Notes under the pieces: generated by a model
Databases searched by the model: none
What the model was told of the DNA's origin: nothing
Seen by the model: the letters and a program-made list of their open reading frames with translations, nothing else
Shown here: piece by piece, positions 63,728 to 64,000 of the stretch
Layout: every line of letters begins with the position of its first letter
How positions within the stretch are numbered: the stretch's first letter is position 1
Position numbers and translations under genes: made by a program
Source: Candidatus Bathyarchaeota archaeon
Lineage (GTDB): Archaea; Thermoproteota; Bathyarchaeia; Bathyarchaeales; DTEX01
DNA: 64,000 nucleotides
Direction: 5' to 3'
NCBI GenBank assembly: GCA_018396995.1
Contig: JAGTQB010000005.1
Location: forward strand, 15,198-79,197

Positions 63728-64000
63728 TTACCTTAAGCTGATCTCCGTGAGGAATGTTATTGGTAGCTTCCTTAGTTCCTCTATTTTGTTAAGCATCTCC
63801 TTCTCTGGTTTTAGGAAGAGCGCTTTTGCCTTAAGATTTATTGCAGCAGCTATTACATAGCAGTCTGACAAAGATATTCCAAGCTTTTTCTTGATCTCCC
63901 CGGCTTTAACAGTCATGTCTGGCGTTATCTCCGTTATCTTAACTCTTACGGTAAGCCATTCGATGAGGTTTAACGCCTCCTCATTGGGCTTCTCGACACC
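63728..64000 (-). CDS. PIN-domain (VapC-like) protein, partial (continues past the window end)
   Basis: The frame is open to base 64000: ...EEALNLIEWLTVRVKITEITPDMTVKAGEIKKKLGISLSDCYVIAAAINLKAKALF, which is PIN C-terminal half context. Confidence 0.5.
   Translation of the reverse strand, partial: GVEKPNEEALNLIEWLTVRVKITEITPDMTVKAGEIKKKLGISLSDCYVIAAAINLKAKALFLKPEKEMLNKIEELRKLPITFLTEISLR

Noticed and set aside
1-64000. CRISPR arrays, rRNA genes and long tandem repeats.
   Set aside because: I saw no regularly spaced direct repeats and no rRNA-like conserved blocks anywhere in the window. The only tandem repeat noticed is the 24-nt coding duplication near 15420-15470.

Overview
The window is archaeal chromosome, probably TACK/Thermoproteota-like. 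Evidence: the ribosomal genes uS2, L7Ae-eS28-eL24 and eS26, a family-B DNA polymerase, the archaeal mevalonate route (MVK-IPK-type 2 IDI-GGPPS), an archaellum operon, and box C/D sRNAs. I found no rRNA gene, intact tRNA gene or CRISPR array. About 75 genes are mostly housekeeping, often with short overlaps between neighbouring genes. They cover translation (GluRS, ThrRS), isoprenoid and lipid synthesis, hydrogenase maturation (hypA, Mrp-type hypB, hypE), MoaD/MoaE, a Liv-type ABC transporter, dapF-dapL, two tandem purP genes and arlB-arlJ. The more unusual content is as follows. (1) My best candidate for an undescribed system is a membrane-associated cluster at 20.7-24.6 kb. It holds a Spo0M/arrestin-like protein and a YdjI-like SPFH protein that both end in zinc ribbons, an all-helical protein, small TM proteins and DedA. 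(2) A radical-SAM-like Gp37/Gp68 (DUF5131) gene is interrupted by a 355-aa LAGLIDADG intein. (3) Four box C/D sRNA candidates sit in one 650-bp intergenic region, with a fifth nearby, and C/D-like boxes lie in the L7Ae leader. (4) The hypA/hypB junction has a G-run before the hypA stop, and the essential hypB N-terminal codons lack a canonical start codon. (5) Three clear TnpB relics (plus one doubtful fragment) lie next to segments that look AT-rich by eye (an orphan methyltransferase, a 566-aa secreted protein, an orphan ORF). (6) There are several pseudogenes (MFS, GT2, an RHH/wHTH cassette). All calls rest on reading the translated ORFs and the sequence by eye; no searches were run.
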